Shown: in pieces, positions 62,401-64,000 of the stretch
Layout: each line of letters begins with the position of its first letter
How positions within the stretch are numbered: position 1 is the first letter of the stretch
DNA from: an uncultured delta proteobacterium
Lineage (GTDB): Bacteria; Desulfobacterota; Desulfomonilia; UBA1062
Reading direction: 5' to 3'
NCBI GenBank assembly: GCA_963798485.1
Contig: CAWCTR010000008.1
Span: forward strand, 128,001 to 192,000
Length of the DNA stretch: 64,000 nucleotides
Notes under the pieces: model-generated
What the model saw: only the letters and a program-made list of their open reading frames with translations
Database searches by the model: none
Told to the model about the DNA's origin: nothing
Made by a program: the position numbers and the translations under genes

Positions 62401-64000
62401 AGGCGACGAACGGCGGCACCCTGCTGCTCTTGAGTCAGAACGTCGTTAATACCGGCAACACGATCACCGCCACCGGCGCGGGCAGCGCCCTGCTCCTGCA
62501 GAGCACGACCATCAACGGCGGCACGCTGATGGCGGCCTCCGGCGGCACGATGCAGACCATCCAAAATGCGACTCTGAACGGCGTCACGCTGAACGGCAAC
62601 TACCTGAGCGATCTCGGCACGAGCACGTATGTCTCGCGGGACCATCACCCAGACCGGCAACCTGCAGCTCAATGCAGGCAACAGCAGCAACACTATCCTC
62701 TACATCACCGGCGCGACGACGCTCACCGGCGGCACCGACACGATCGCCTACAACGGGTCGGGCAGCGGGGGCCGTCTATATCCAGCAGTCGGGTAACCAG
62801 ACGCTCACGAACGCCGAGACGATCCAGGGCGCCGGCATCATCGGCAATGGCGGTCTGACGCTCGTCAATGCAGCGGGCGGCAAGATCGACGCGAACGTCG
62901 CGGGCCAGACGCTCTTGCTGACGCCCGGCAACGTGCTCGACTCCCAGGGCGCGATCTCGAACAGCGGCATCCTGTCGGCGAGCGCCGGCACGCTCGCGAT
63001 CTCGTCGAAGGTGTACGGCACCGGCACGATCCAGACGAGCGGGACGGGCGTCGTCACGCTCGGCGGGGCGAGCTCGGTCGGGAACCTGATCAACAACGGC
63101 AGCTCTGCGAACGCGCTCACACTGGGCGCCAACAGCGTCACGGTCTCCTCCGACTACCAGAACGCCAACTTCGGTGTGGGCAACGCCTTCAACAAACTCG
63201 CTGACGTCTCGACGTCCGGCGGCCAGATCCTCGCCTCCGGCAACGTGGCGACCGCGATAACCGGCACCACCGTCACAAACGGCACGAGCCCGACCGCGAC
63301 GCTGACGATCGGCGGCAATGTCCACGTCGGCCAGGCGACCACCTACGACTTCCAGGTCGAGAACACCGGCACGAGCGGCCCGGCGATCCGCGGCGCGGTG
63401 CAGACTTCCGTCAACGGCGCCGCGATCTCCGACCCGAACCTGTCGGTGACCGCGCAGAACTTCGGGCCCATCGCTACCGGCTCCTCGAGCGGCAACATCG
63501 GCGTCAGCTACACTGCCTCGACGGCGGGGCTCCTATCGCTCACCGGCACCAACACACTGCACATCGCCAACAACTTCCAGAACGTCGCCGAGCAGAACCT
63601 CAACATCGTGGTAGGCTCGGGCGCTGCCGCGTACAACCTTGCCAGTGGCTCGACGGCAGACGTCACGGTGGCCAACACGCGCGTCGGCGTGGGCAGCACA
63701 GCGAACCTGGGGGTGACCAACACCGCACCAGCCGGCAGCTACACTGAGGTACTGAACGCGAGCTTCGGCGGCAGCTCGGGCGCTGTGAACTCGACGAGCG
63801 GCTCGATCACGGGCGGCCTGGGCAGCGGCGTCGCCGGAGGTGCAACCAACAACTCCGCAATGCAGGTCGGGATCGATACGTCGACCGCCGGCGCCAAGAC
63901 CGGCACGGTGACATTGAACTATGTCTCCAATGGCACCGGCACCAGCGGACTGGGTAATACCAATGTCGGCTCGCAGACCATCGATGTAAGCGGCAACGTG
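59445..64000 (+). CDS. Giant secreted beta-strand repeat surface protein (>1500 aa, about 5 frameshifts, 3'-truncated)
   Basis: Signal peptide SALA/ADATW; G/T/N-rich ~190-aa repeats; final frame open to the window end. Confidence 0.8.
60219..62860 (+). repeat. Tandem ~570-576 nt intragenic repeats (4.5-5 copies)
   Basis: TINGGTL recurs near 60219, 60789, 61359, 61932 and 62508. Confidence 0.9.

Noticed and set aside
59600-62780. Programmed frameshifting or phase variation in the giant protein
   Set aside because: The breaks are scattered single-base indels in short runs without long slippery tracts; sequencing error is simpler

Overview
Accessory/redox-metabolism region from an anaerobic bacterium; gene content suggests Desulfobacterota/Syntrophales-like, which is an inference. 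Left to right: an ABC/MFP efflux module with anti-sigma and Spy/CpxP genes; a MarR-controlled polysulfide/thiosulfate reductase (PsrABC-like) operon with two YeeE/YedE proteins; a divergent B12-radical SAM / MarR-glycosyltransferase pair; an RND system; an FAD/CCG Fe-S oxidoreductase operon; an OrpR-like sigma54 activator with an orange-protein (ORP) cluster extended by a CoA-disulfide reductase-rhodanese, an MBL-fold protein and a radical SAM enzyme; oxidoreductases; a second RND system; an AbiE type IV toxin-antitoxin next to tandem tmRNA-3'-end att-like scars; repeat lipoproteins; and a giant sigma54-promoted repeat surface protein that runs off the window. Main hidden signal: three genes that the ORF track splits or misses entirely read through an in-frame UGA at a position where a redox Cys is expected, each followed by a SECIS-like hairpin. 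They are an AhpD-like CxxU protein (10797-11354), a HesB-like protein (21588-21881, minus) and a PrxU-like peroxiredoxin (37642-38361). A DUF166 gene nearby has an internal deletion. Many single-base frameshifts cluster at 26.6-34.7 kb and 59.6-62.8 kb and are more likely assembly errors than real decay. Family assignments are from motif recognition only; no searches were run.
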